Source: an uncultured delta proteobacterium (GTDB lineage: Bacteria > Desulfobacterota > Syntrophorhabdia > Syntrophorhabdales > WCHB1-27). From it: a DNA stretch of 64,000 nt. The stretch lies in assembly GCA_963717985.1 (NCBI GenBank), contig CAVQYC010000005.1, positions 73,106 through 137,105 on the forward strand. The letters run 5' to 3'. Both the position numbers and the translations under genes were made by a program. Below are positions 52,976 through 61,296 of the stretch, piece by piece; position 1 is the first letter of the stretch, and each line of letters starts with the position of its first letter. The notes under the pieces were generated by a model. The model worked only from the letters and a program-made list of their open reading frames with translations. It did not search any database and was not told where the DNA came from.

Positions 52976-53197
52976 ATGGCGGAAGATTTCGTCGTCTACA
53001 GGGTGCACATCCACAAGGCGAAGCAGAAGGAGCTCTACGAGCTGCTCGAAGGCATGCCGAAATCCATCCGGGGGCTCTACATCAGGGAAGCCCTGGAGCA
53101 CTATCGTCTCGCCAAAGGGCTTTCGACTGAAAAACCGCAAGGCCGGGACCTCTCCGTTCAAGGGGTTTATGAGCAGGACTTCGGAGGGAGAGGGTGA
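52976..53197 (+). CDS. small putative ribbon-helix-helix adaptor (ParR-like position)
   Basis: SD AGGGAGG upstream. MAEDFVVYRVHIHKAKQKELYELLEGMPKSIRGLYIREALEHY looks like strand-helix-helix. Lies directly after the ParM-like gene. Confidence 0.45.
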   Translation: MAEDFVVYRVHIHKAKQKELYELLEGMPKSIRGLYIREALEHYRLAKGLSTEKPQGRDLSVQGVYEQDFGGRG

Positions 53198-53342
53198 GCA
53201 TAGCGTGAGCGGGCAAGGCGGACAGCAGGACTACCGCCGTCTCGACGGTCCTGAAGCGGAAATCCACGTCCGGAAGATCGGGTTCAAGGAAAATAGGCGC
53301 TGTTTCCCTGGCCCATGACGTCGTGCCGGCAGGGGTTCTCGC

Positions 53343-53684
53343 TTGATGGTCCTGCCTGAGGGAGGAATGATGGCAACCACAAGCATCCAGTGGATCAAGA
53401 AGCACGGGAGCACGGCGCGGGGAAAGCGCGAATTGATAGCTTTCCTCAAGGGCAAGGCCCTCACCATGAAGGAGAGCATCCTTGCCAATTGCTACGAGTG
53501 TACGGGCTTTTACATGGATGGTCGAAAGGACTGCGAGGTTGAAGGGTGCCCGCTTCATGGTTTCATGCCCTATCGGAAGGGCGGCGCCGTAAAGGTGAGG
53601 AAGGTGTCCGAAGAGACAAAGGCGAAAATGCGGAAGGCGCGGGAGCGGAAGGCACAGAAAATCGATTCTGTTGCCATAGGGTGA
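53343..53684 (+). CDS. small Cys-rich (CxxC-x10-C-x4-C) basic protein
   Basis: ANCYECTGFYMDGRKDCEVEGCPLHG, then a Lys/Arg-rich tail. Start is uncertain (53346-53370). Confidence 0.5.
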   Translation: MMVLPEGGMMATTSIQWIKKHGSTARGKRELIAFLKGKALTMKESILANCYECTGFYMDGRKDCEVEGCPLHGFMPYRKGGAVKVRKVSEETKAKMRKARERKAQKIDSVAIG

Positions 53685-53940
53685 TGTCGGGAATTGGTTT
53701 TGGACCATCGACAGCGGTCGAGTGGACTCAGGGTAGGGGGCAGGGAATGAAGTTTTTGGCGCGAGGCAGGACTGCCTGCCCACGGGGGTTCCGAAGCATG
53801 ACCAAGGTGGACACAACAACAGGAAGCTTGCTGGGAGCATGTCCTTCATGGAAAAGCAGGGGCTGGCAATAAGCAAGGAGCGGGAATGCCTTCAAGCCCG
53901 CATTTGATCGAATGCTATGGGCACAGCATAGGCACAACGA

Positions 53941-54180
53941 ATGAATAGGGTCGAACGCCTCAACAAGTATAAGGCAGGCCGGAAGAACCCAAAAGGGCCG
54001 GCGAAGAGACTGTACAGCATACCGGAAGCTGCTTTCTACCTCGGGCGGACGGTGGACGCCTTGAGAGAAATGTTATGGGCCGGTAAAATCCCCTACGTGA
54101 AGGATGGCAGACGAGTGCTTCTCGACGTGAAGGACATGGACGAATACATCGAGAGAAATAAGAACCGATTCTCCTATTGA
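53941..54180 (+). CDS. excisionase-type helix-turn-helix protein
   Basis: LYSIPEAAFYLGRTVDALREMLWAGKIPYVKDGRRVLLDVKDMDEYI is the typical Xis/AlpA-like HTH. Confidence 0.7.
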   Translation: MNRVERLNKYKAGRKNPKGPAKRLYSIPEAAFYLGRTVDALREMLWAGKIPYVKDGRRVLLDVKDMDEYIERNKNRFSY

Positions 54181-54223
54181 GGTTCCCTTGACATATCCGG
54201 TCGATAGTTTTACCCTCCTGTTA

Positions 54224-54446
54224 ATGACGCCCGAAGACCTCAAGGCCAGGCGCAAAAGCCGCTAATACACGCCGCAAGCGGCTCTTGCCCGCGCCCTGGA
54301 AGTGATCCCATTGACCGCGTTACTCGATGGGAGACGGGTGTCAGGCGATTCCGCCGTTCCTGCATCTTGCCCTTAGATGCCTGGAATTAGAAGGGGGTGA
54401 GGGAAAAGCCAAGGGAAAAGGAAAAGACAAAGGAGGCAAAAGATAA
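54224..54446 (+). pseudogene. decayed XRE-type HTH gene (one nonsense codon, two frameshifts)
   Basis: MTPEDLKARRKSR*YTPQAALARALEV / VTRWETGVRR / IPPFLHLALRCLELE... is spread over three frames. The last frame ends in a TAA that overlaps the integrase ATG. Confidence 0.65.
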
Positions 54447-55714
54447 TGGGCATGATCTACCAGAGGGGTAAGACGTTTTGGGTGAAGTATTACCGCAACG
54501 GCAAGTCGTACTATGAGAGCAGCCATTCAGAAAAAGAAAGCGTAGCGAAGAGACTCTTAAAACAGCGTGAGGGTGAGATTGTAGACGGCCGTTTCCATGG
54601 TCTACAAGCGGAGAAGGTGAAGTTTGAGGAGATCACGCGGGACCTGCTTACCGATTATCAGTTCAACAACAGAAAATCCATAGTACACGTCCGGATCAAG
54701 GTAAAGCACCTTGATGCCTTCTTTTCCGGCATGAGGGTAAACGACATCGATACGCCGGCCGTGAGCCGCTACGTGGTAGCCAGGCGCGAGCAGGGCGCCG
54801 AGAATGCGACGATCAACAGAGAGCTTGCAGCGCTCAAGAGGGCTTTCTCTCTCGCCGTGAAGTGTACCCCGCCGAAGGCCCTGCATGCTCCGTATATCGG
54901 TATGCTGAAGGAGAACAACACGCGGTCACAGTTTTTTGAGCAAGAAGACTATTATAAGCTGATGGAAGCCCTGCCGGATCACCTGAAGCCGCTTTTCGCC
55001 ACGTCGTATTTCACGGGATGGCGGAAGGGCGAACTTTTGTCGTTGACCTGGGCGGGTGTGAACCTCTTTCAGAAGCAACTTACCCTTGCGCCGGGCACAA
55101 CAAAGAACGGGAAAGGCCGTACCGCGTTTATGCCGGGACCCCTCTATGAAATGATCCGGGCACAATATGGCGCCTCGACGCGCGACTATCCGAAGTGTCC
55201 CTATGTCTTCCATAAGAACGGCCAGAGGATAGGCGACTTCCGCAAGACCTGGGAGCGGGTGCTAACTGCCTGTGGCTACAAGGCTACGTTCAAGTGCCGG
55301 GATTGCGGGGCGATGGTCGAGATCGAGGCGACTGAGAGATGGAAGAAAGTTGGGCCGAGTCTTTACATGGCCGAGGGTGAGGTAAGGAAGGGCAAAAGGG
55401 CAGGTTGGCAGAAAGTAGCATGCTTGTCATGTGGCTCTGATCGCTTTCAGAAGTGGGGCCGCGTCTTCCACGACAACAGGCGCACAGCCGTAAGAAACCT
55501 CACGAGAACCGGCACGCCTGAAGGGGTAGCCATGGAGCAGACAGGGCACCTCACGCGGAGCGTCTTCGAGAGGTACAATATCGTTTCAGAAGGGGACCTT
55601 CGAGGGGCAGCGGAACGGCTTACCCGAGCATACGAGCGGAACGCAGAACAGTTACAACAGTTACAAAAAAACGGTGACGGTGACAAAAAGGTTACAATCG
55701 GACTGGTAAAGTGA
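54446..55714 (+). CDS. tyrosine-type integrase with a CxxC...CxxC insertion in the catalytic domain
   Basis: N-terminal MIYQRGKTFWVKYY... Catalytic motifs TGWRKGELLSL, FHDNRRTAV, GHLTRS, FERYN. Adjacent to the tRNA 3' end. Confidence 0.85.
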   Translation: MGMIYQRGKTFWVKYYRNGKSYYESSHSEKESVAKRLLKQREGEIVDGRFHGLQAEKVKFEEITRDLLTDYQFNNRKSIVHVRIKVKHLDAFFSGMRVNDIDTPAVSRYVVARREQGAENATINRELAALKRAFSLAVKCTPPKALHAPYIGMLKENNTRSQFFEQEDYYKLMEALPDHLKPLFATSYFTGWRKGELLSLTWAGVNLFQKQLTLAPGTTKNGKGRTAFMPGPLYEMIRAQYGASTRDYPKCPYVFHKNGQRIGDFRKTWERVLTACGYKATFKCRDCGAMVEIEATERWKKVGPSLYMAEGEVRKGKRAGWQKVACLSCGSDRFQKWGRVFHDNRRTAVRNLTRTGTPEGVAMEQTGHLTRSVFERYNIVSEGDLRGAAERLTRAYERNAEQLQQLQKNGDGDKKVTIGLVK

Positions 55715-55766
55715 CATGACCTGTCAAGGCTATTCAGCAAAACTCATGTGTTTTCAAGGGTTTCAA

Positions 55767-55843
55767 TGGTGCGCCCAGTAGGATTCGAACCTACAGCCTT
55801 TGGATTCGTAGTCCAACGCTCTATCCAGTTGGGCTATGGGCGC
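55767..55843 (-). tRNA. tRNA-Arg (anticodon ACG), CCA encoded
   Basis: The 77-nt cloverleaf folds by hand: GCGCCCA/TGGGCGC acceptor, TTGGA-CTACGAA-TCCAA anticodon arm, GTAGG-TTCGAAT-CCTAC T-arm. Very similar to E. coli tRNA-Arg(ACG). Confidence 0.9.
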
Positions 55844-56087
55844 CAACGGTTTTCAAGAGTATACACCAAAACTGTGATAAAAGTGTGACAAATTTATGCA
55901 TCGACCCCGGTAATCCTCTGCGGTCTTCCCGTGATCTTCCCGATGAGGCTATCCGGGAAGAACTTACGTTCGAGAAGACCGGCGGTCCTCATATCCGGGC
56001 CATGAGGGAGCGCCTGCGATACCCGCATTAATTAATTCTTATCGTATCTATGACCTGTTTGATAAAAAGGAAGAACCGGACACAGGC

Positions 56088-56921
56088 TTATATATCGAAA
56101 TCGAGCTCCTTGAGCCGGGCGAGAGAGAAGACCGGCCCGTCCTTGCAGATATAGTGCGATCCTATGTTGCACCGGCCGCAGATCCCGATCCCACACTTCA
56201 TGCGCGCCTCCAGGGTGGTGATGATCTCGCCGGCGCCGAAGCCTAAGGTGGCGAGGTTCTGGAGCACATATTTGATCATGATGGGAGGGCCGCACGTGAT
56301 GGCGACTGTGTCGGCGGGCTTCGGGGCGACATCGTTGAGGATGGTGGGCACGAAGCCCTGACGGATGGGGGGTCCCGGTGAGTTTGTGTCGACAGTGAGG
56401 ATGAGACTGATGTCATCGCGCCCCCCCCATGCCTTTAGGTCTTCCTTATAGCAGAGGTCGGCGTCGGTGCGTGCCCCGTAGATAATCGTGATGTCCTTAT
56501 AGTCCTGCCTGTTGTCGAGCATGAAGAGGATCAGGGTGCGTAAGGGCGCGAGGCCTATGCCCCCGCCGACGAAAAGCACATTCCTGCCTTTCATCTCATG
56601 GTAAGGGAACCAGTTGCCGAGCGGCGCTCGCAGGCCGATCTGGTCGCCCGGAGAGAGCTCGTGGATCGCCCGGGTGACCTCACCAGCCTTCATCACGCTG
56701 AACTGGAGATACTCCATGCGCGTGGGCGGAGAATTGATGACAAAGGTCGACTCACCCGCGCCAAAGACCGAAAGCTGGCCGACCTGACCGGGCTCGAAGG
56801 TGAAGCGGCTCATCTTTTCCGGGTCGTTGAAGACCACCTTGAAGGACTTGATGTTAGGTGTTTCGTCGATGATATCGATGATCGTCGCCAGGTCCGGCAG
56901 ATAAGGGTTAGGCTGCGTCAT
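56088..56921 (-). CDS. flxA: FAD/NAD(P)-binding ferredoxin-reductase-like protein with C-terminal [2Fe-2S] (FlxA/AsrB/HydG-like)
   Basis: Contains VGGGIGLAPL and C-terminal CGIGICGRC. Last gene of the hdr-flx string. Confidence 0.65.
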   Translation of the reverse strand: MTQPNPYLPDLATIIDIIDETPNIKSFKVVFNDPEKMSRFTFEPGQVGQLSVFGAGESTFVINSPPTRMEYLQFSVMKAGEVTRAIHELSPGDQIGLRAPLGNWFPYHEMKGRNVLFVGGGIGLAPLRTLILFMLDNRQDYKDITIIYGARTDADLCYKEDLKAWGGRDDISLILTVDTNSPGPPIRQGFVPTILNDVAPKPADTVAITCGPPIMIKYVLQNLATLGFGAGEIITTLEARMKCGIGICGRCNIGSHYICKDGPVFSLARLKELDFDI

Positions 56922-57936
56922 GTTTTTCCTCCCTGCCGGAAAGCGCTGTTACGATGCGGCCGATATCCACGGAGACGGGGCAATGGCGGATGCATCTGCC
57001 GCAGCCGGTGCAGGACTGCTCGCCGTGGACCTCCGGGTACCAGATAAACTTGTGTCCCACCCTGTTTTTGAGCCTCTGCGATTTCCGCGTCCTGGGGTTG
57101 TGGCCGCTCGCCTCCAACGTAAAATGGGAGAACATGCACGAATCCCAGCTTCTTATGCGCTCGCCTGTCATGGTCCCCTGTTCGTCGGTAATGTTGAAAC
57201 ATTGGCAGGTAGGGCAGAGGTAGGTACAGGCCCCGCAGGAGAGACATTTTTCCGAGGCTTCCTGCCAGAACTCGTCGGAAGCAAAAAGCTCGGGGCGCAC
57301 ATCCGTGGGGATGCTGCCGGTGCATGCCGCACCATCCTGCTTCTTCTTTGCCTCGTCCCTGTGGGACGCGCCGTCTTCCAGCCTCAAGTCCGCGAGCTTG
57401 TCCGCGCCTTTTTCCGTGAGGACCTCGATATAGTAGCCGTCTTCGAGCTGAGTCACGAGGACGTCGGAGCCCGTCTTATCCGCGGGACCGCCGCCAACGG
57501 AAGTGCAGAAGCATCCGGCGAAGCTCCGGCTGCAGGCCAGGGTGATGATGGTCGTCCGCTCCCGGCGCTCCCTGTAGTACGGGTCCGTCTCCAGGAAGAC
57601 GCGGTCGAGGATGGTGAAACCCCTTGCGTCGCATGGGCGGCCGGCGAGGATGACCGCATCGGACTGCGCGGGTTCTGCGTCGAGGGAGACGCGCGTCTTT
57701 TGGGGCTCATCGGGGTCTTTATCGAAGGTAAAGGTAAAGAGCGTCTCGCTTTGCGGGAAGATGACTCCTTTGGGGGCGCCCTGGGCAGGGCGGTCGAGAC
57801 AGACGGCGGTTCCTTCTCCCATCCGCCGGAAAATGACCGTCTCTCCCTCCTCGCAGGGCGCGTAGACCTGGCAGCGCTGCGTGAGGGCTTCGACAAAGGA
57901 CGGCCAGGCGGCTTTCGTGATGTAGCCCTCTTTCAT
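56908..57936 (-). CDS. flxB: Fe-S protein (AsrA/FlxB-like)
   Basis: Motifs CLSCGACTYLCPTCQC and CTGCGRCIRHCP. Overlaps both neighbours. Confidence 0.6.
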   Translation of the reverse strand: MKEGYITKAAWPSFVEALTQRCQVYAPCEEGETVIFRRMGEGTAVCLDRPAQGAPKGVIFPQSETLFTFTFDKDPDEPQKTRVSLDAEPAQSDAVILAGRPCDARGFTILDRVFLETDPYYRERRERTTIITLACSRSFAGCFCTSVGGGPADKTGSDVLVTQLEDGYYIEVLTEKGADKLADLRLEDGASHRDEAKKKQDGAACTGSIPTDVRPELFASDEFWQEASEKCLSCGACTYLCPTCQCFNITDEQGTMTGERIRSWDSCMFSHFTLEASGHNPRTRKSQRLKNRVGHKFIWYPEVHGEQSCTGCGRCIRHCPVSVDIGRIVTALSGREEKHDAA

Positions 57937-58886
57937 GACAGCTTATGCTCCTCTATCCGCTCCTCGTCCGGCCGGAAGGTGAACAGCGGTGGTTTGTCCG
58001 TGGGGTCCGTTCCGGCTGTGTAGCCGAAAAGCTCCAGCATCTCCTGGTTGATCTTCTTCTTGAGCATGCCCAGCGGGATATTCATGGGGCACACCCGCTC
58101 GCACTCACCGCACTCGGTGCACCGGCCGGCAAGGTGCAGGGCGTGGATGAGATGGAACATCATTTTTTCCGGCGTCGTCGCCTTCTGGCTCATCCAGTGG
58201 GGCTCGCGGGTCTCGGCGATGCATGAATCCTGGCAGACGCACAAAGGGCAGGCGTTGCGGCACGCGTAGCAGCGGACGCAGCGGCCCAGCTCTTTTTCCC
58301 AGTATGCCCATCGCTCTTCAAGTGACATAGCCTCGATTTTGCGGACATCGTCATAGACCGCATCAGCCTGCTTATCGGGCTCGATGGCATCGTCCGTGAG
58401 CACGTCGTATACAAGCGGCGTGGGGTATCGGCAGGTCGCGCACTTGGCGGGCGAGACATCGGAAAGGGCGAGTCGTTTCTCCCCTTTCGCGGTCTTTACG
58501 ATAATGGTATCGCCCTCGAAGGCGACGGAAAGCACCTTTTCATGGCCGACTGCGGCAGCCACCTTTTTCACGCTCACCACACCCCGGCAGGGGACGCCGA
58601 TGATGACGATGTTCTCTCTTTTGATGAGCCCCTCCTGAAGGAGCTGGATGACGCTCCTAGAGTCGCAGCCCTTCACGACCACCGCCACCCGCCTCTTTTC
58701 AGCGGGGAGGTAGGAGGCGAGGTTGTGCACGCACAGGGGGTTGAGGATCATCTCCTCGACCAGCTTTTCGTCCTTTATGAAGCACGGCTCCGCGTGCAGG
58801 GGGTCGCCGTGCGCGCGATAACCGATGACGGCGTCGACCGAGGGGAGCACTTCACGTACTGCTTTTTTCAGCTTTTCAACGTTCAA
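57933..58886 (-). CDS. flxC: Fe-S protein (FlxC-like)
   Basis: Motifs CVRCYACRNACPLCVC and CTECGECERVCP. Start is TTG 58886 with SD AAGAGGAG; ATG 58925 is an alternative. Confidence 0.6.
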   Translation of the reverse strand: MNVEKLKKAVREVLPSVDAVIGYRAHGDPLHAEPCFIKDEKLVEEMILNPLCVHNLASYLPAEKRRVAVVVKGCDSRSVIQLLQEGLIKRENIVIIGVPCRGVVSVKKVAAAVGHEKVLSVAFEGDTIIVKTAKGEKRLALSDVSPAKCATCRYPTPLVYDVLTDDAIEPDKQADAVYDDVRKIEAMSLEERWAYWEKELGRCVRCYACRNACPLCVCQDSCIAETREPHWMSQKATTPEKMMFHLIHALHLAGRCTECGECERVCPMNIPLGMLKKKINQEMLELFGYTAGTDPTDKPPLFTFRPDEERIEEHKLS

Positions 58887-59322
58887 CGACGATCTCCTCT
58901 TTACCTTGCCGCGGACCAAGCTCATGGATCTGACCAGTGAAAGCGGTGACGGTCTGTTGCCACTTCTGCCCTTCGGAGGCGGAGACCCAGGTGTAGTGGA
59001 ACCTCCTGTCATCGATGCCGATGAAGGGGAGGAAGCGCTTCAGCACTTCGAGCCTTCTCCGCGCATAAAAATTACCGTCCGAGTAGTGGCAGTCGCGGGG
59101 ATGGCAGCCTGAGACGAGGACGCCGTCGGCGCCCGAGAGAAGGGCCTTTACCACAAAGAGGGGATCGACCCTGCCCGAACAAGGCACCCTGACGATGCGC
59201 AGGTCGGTCGGCTGCTTGAAGCGGGAGACCCCGGCCGTGTCCGCGCCGCCGTAGGAGCACCAGTTGCACAAGAAGCCGACGATCCTCAGCTCTTTTCCGC
59301 CCTTCTTTTCTATATCCGGCAT
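58876..59322 (-). CDS. flxD: MvhD-like protein (methyl-viologen-reducing hydrogenase delta subunit family, FlxD)
   Basis: IVGFLCNWCSYGGADTAG...VPCSGRVDP...GADGVLVSGCHPRDCHY. Confidence 0.8.
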   Translation of the reverse strand: MPDIEKKGGKELRIVGFLCNWCSYGGADTAGVSRFKQPTDLRIVRVPCSGRVDPLFVVKALLSGADGVLVSGCHPRDCHYSDGNFYARRRLEVLKRFLPFIGIDDRRFHYTWVSASEGQKWQQTVTAFTGQIHELGPRQGKEEIVVER

Positions 59323-61271
59323 AAGGCATTAACCTCCGCGAGGACCTGGTTGTCGGTGAAGTGTTCGAGCTGTATAGCCCCGCACGGACATGTGGCGGTG
59401 CAGACGCCGCATCCCGCGCACACCGTCTCGATTACAGTGGCAACGAGCTTCCCGCCAGGCAGCGTCTCCTCCTTGATCGCCTGAAAGGGGCACGTGGAGA
59501 CGCATTTCAGGCACCCCACGCAGGCCCGGGTGTTGACCCTCGAAATGGCCGGGTCCGACTCGATCATGTCCTTCGAGAGCAAAGAGAGGGCCTTCGCCGC
59601 GGCCGCGCTTCCCTGGGCCACGGACGCGGGTATGTCCTTCGGTCCCTGGGCCGCGCCCGCGAGATAGACACCGGCCGTGTTCGTCTCCACCGGCCGGAGC
59701 TTCGGATGGCTCTCCACGTAGAAACCGTTCGTATCGTAGGAGATATGGAGCTTTTCGGCAAGTTCTCTGGCGCCGGGCGCAGCGACGGCCGCCGTGGCGA
59801 GCACGACCAGGTCGGCCTCGACCTCAACCTGGGTCCCGAGGAGCGTATCAGCGCCCTTGACGATTAGCTTTTTTCCCTTGGGATAGATGCGGGAAACGCG
59901 CCCACGGATGTAATGGACCCCATAGTCTTCCTGAGCCCGCCGCGTAAACTCGTCGTATCCCTTTCCCGCCGCGCGGATGTCTGTATAGAAGACGTAGGAC
60001 TGGGAACCGGGGATGTGGTCGGCCGTGAGGATCGCCTGCTTGGCTATATACATGCAGCAGAAGTTGGAGCAGTAAGGCACACCGATTGATTTGTCCCTGG
60101 ACCCCGCGCAGGAGACAAAGACGACAACCTTGGGCTCCGTCCCGTCGGACGGCCGCTGTATATAGCCCGCCGTGGGGCCGGAGGCATTGAGCAGTCTTTC
60201 ATACTGGATGCCGCTGATCACATCGGGAAATCGGCCTGCCCCGTACTCCGGCAGCTTCTCCTGATCCAAAAGCCCGTACCCGGTTGCGACGACGATGGCG
60301 CCCACTTCCTCGGTGACGAACTCATCGACCATCTCATAGTTGATCGCCCCTGTCGGGCAGATTTTGGCGCAGACACCGCACTTGCCTTTCGTAAACCGGC
60401 GGCAGAATTGTGGGTCGATTGTGGCTTTCTTGGGGATCGCCTGGGGAAAGGGGATGTTGATCGCCCTGGTCGGCGCTACCCCGTAATTGAAACGATCGTA
60501 GGCGTTCTTGCTGGGGCATTTCTCCATGCACGCGCCGCAGCCCGTGCATTTCGTCCAGTCGACATAGGTTGCTTTCTTCCGTATCTTGACCTGGTAGTTG
60601 CCCACATAGCCCTTCACATCCTCTATCTCGGAATAGGCGTGGAGCCTGATGTGCTCGTGCTGGGCGATATCGACCATCTTGGGTCCCAGGATGCAGATCG
60701 AGCAGTCTATGGTGGGGAAGGTCTTGTCGAGGCGTGCCATCATGCCGGCTATGCTCGGGCTTCGCTCGACCACTATTGTCTCAAGGCCGCCGTCAGCGCA
60801 GTCGAGGGCCGCCTGCATGCCCGCCACACCGGCGCCGATCACGAGGACCTTCTTATTGACCTTGAAGGATGCAGAGACGAGGGGCCTGTTCCTGACCGCC
60901 TTGGCGACCGCCATCCTGACCGCCTCTATCGCCTTTTGTGTGTTTGCCTCTTTATCTTCCCCGACCCAGGAGATATGCTCCCTGAGGTTCGCCATCTCGA
61001 AAAAATAGCGGTTGAGGCCCGCCTTCTCAACGGTCCGTCTGAAGGTGACCTCGTGCATGCGGGGGGAGCAGGCAGCGACCACGACGCGGTTGAGTCCCTC
61101 CCGCCTGATCGCCTGCTTGATCTCATCCTGTCCCGGCTCCGAGCAGGTGTACATATAATCGGTGGCATAGACCACGTCCGGCAGCTTGCGCGTCTCTTCC
61201 GCGACCCTTGCGACGTCGACCGTGCCTGCGATGTTGTTGCCGCAATGACAGATAAATACGCCGACTCTCAT
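59310..61271 (-). CDS. hdrA: heterodisulfide reductase subunit A-like flavoprotein
   Basis: MRVGVFICHCGNNIAG, VLVIGAGVAGMQAA, several 4Fe-4S motifs. 653 aa. Confidence 0.9.
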   Translation of the reverse strand: MRVGVFICHCGNNIAGTVDVARVAEETRKLPDVVYATDYMYTCSEPGQDEIKQAIRREGLNRVVVAACSPRMHEVTFRRTVEKAGLNRYFFEMANLREHISWVGEDKEANTQKAIEAVRMAVAKAVRNRPLVSASFKVNKKVLVIGAGVAGMQAALDCADGGLETIVVERSPSIAGMMARLDKTFPTIDCSICILGPKMVDIAQHEHIRLHAYSEIEDVKGYVGNYQVKIRKKATYVDWTKCTGCGACMEKCPSKNAYDRFNYGVAPTRAINIPFPQAIPKKATIDPQFCRRFTKGKCGVCAKICPTGAINYEMVDEFVTEEVGAIVVATGYGLLDQEKLPEYGAGRFPDVISGIQYERLLNASGPTAGYIQRPSDGTEPKVVVFVSCAGSRDKSIGVPYCSNFCCMYIAKQAILTADHIPGSQSYVFYTDIRAAGKGYDEFTRRAQEDYGVHYIRGRVSRIYPKGKKLIVKGADTLLGTQVEVEADLVVLATAAVAAPGARELAEKLHISYDTNGFYVESHPKLRPVETNTAGVYLAGAAQGPKDIPASVAQGSAAAAKALSLLSKDMIESDPAISRVNTRACVGCLKCVSTCPFQAIKEETLPGGKLVATVIETVCAGCGVCTATCPCGAIQLEHFTDNQVLAEVNALCRI

Positions 61272-61296
61272 TTAAGACGCACTCCTTATCATCATC

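Noticed and set aside
54390-54445. A purine-only tract (GGGGGTGAGGGAAAAGCCAAGGGAAAAGGAAAAGACAAAGGAGGCAAAAGA) that looks like a short tandem repeat.
   Set aside because: It is the Gly/Lys-rich tail of the decayed XRE frame and doubles as the ribosome-binding region of the integrase. No regular repeat unit is present.
55750-55857. GTTTTCAAG occurs on both sides of the tRNA-Arg gene (55750-55758 and 55849-55857), considered as att-like direct repeats.
   Set aside because: It is only 9 nt and flanks the tRNA itself rather than the island. A real att duplication should include the tRNA 3' end and lie kilobases away. I could not find such a repeat by eye, so the boundary stays open.
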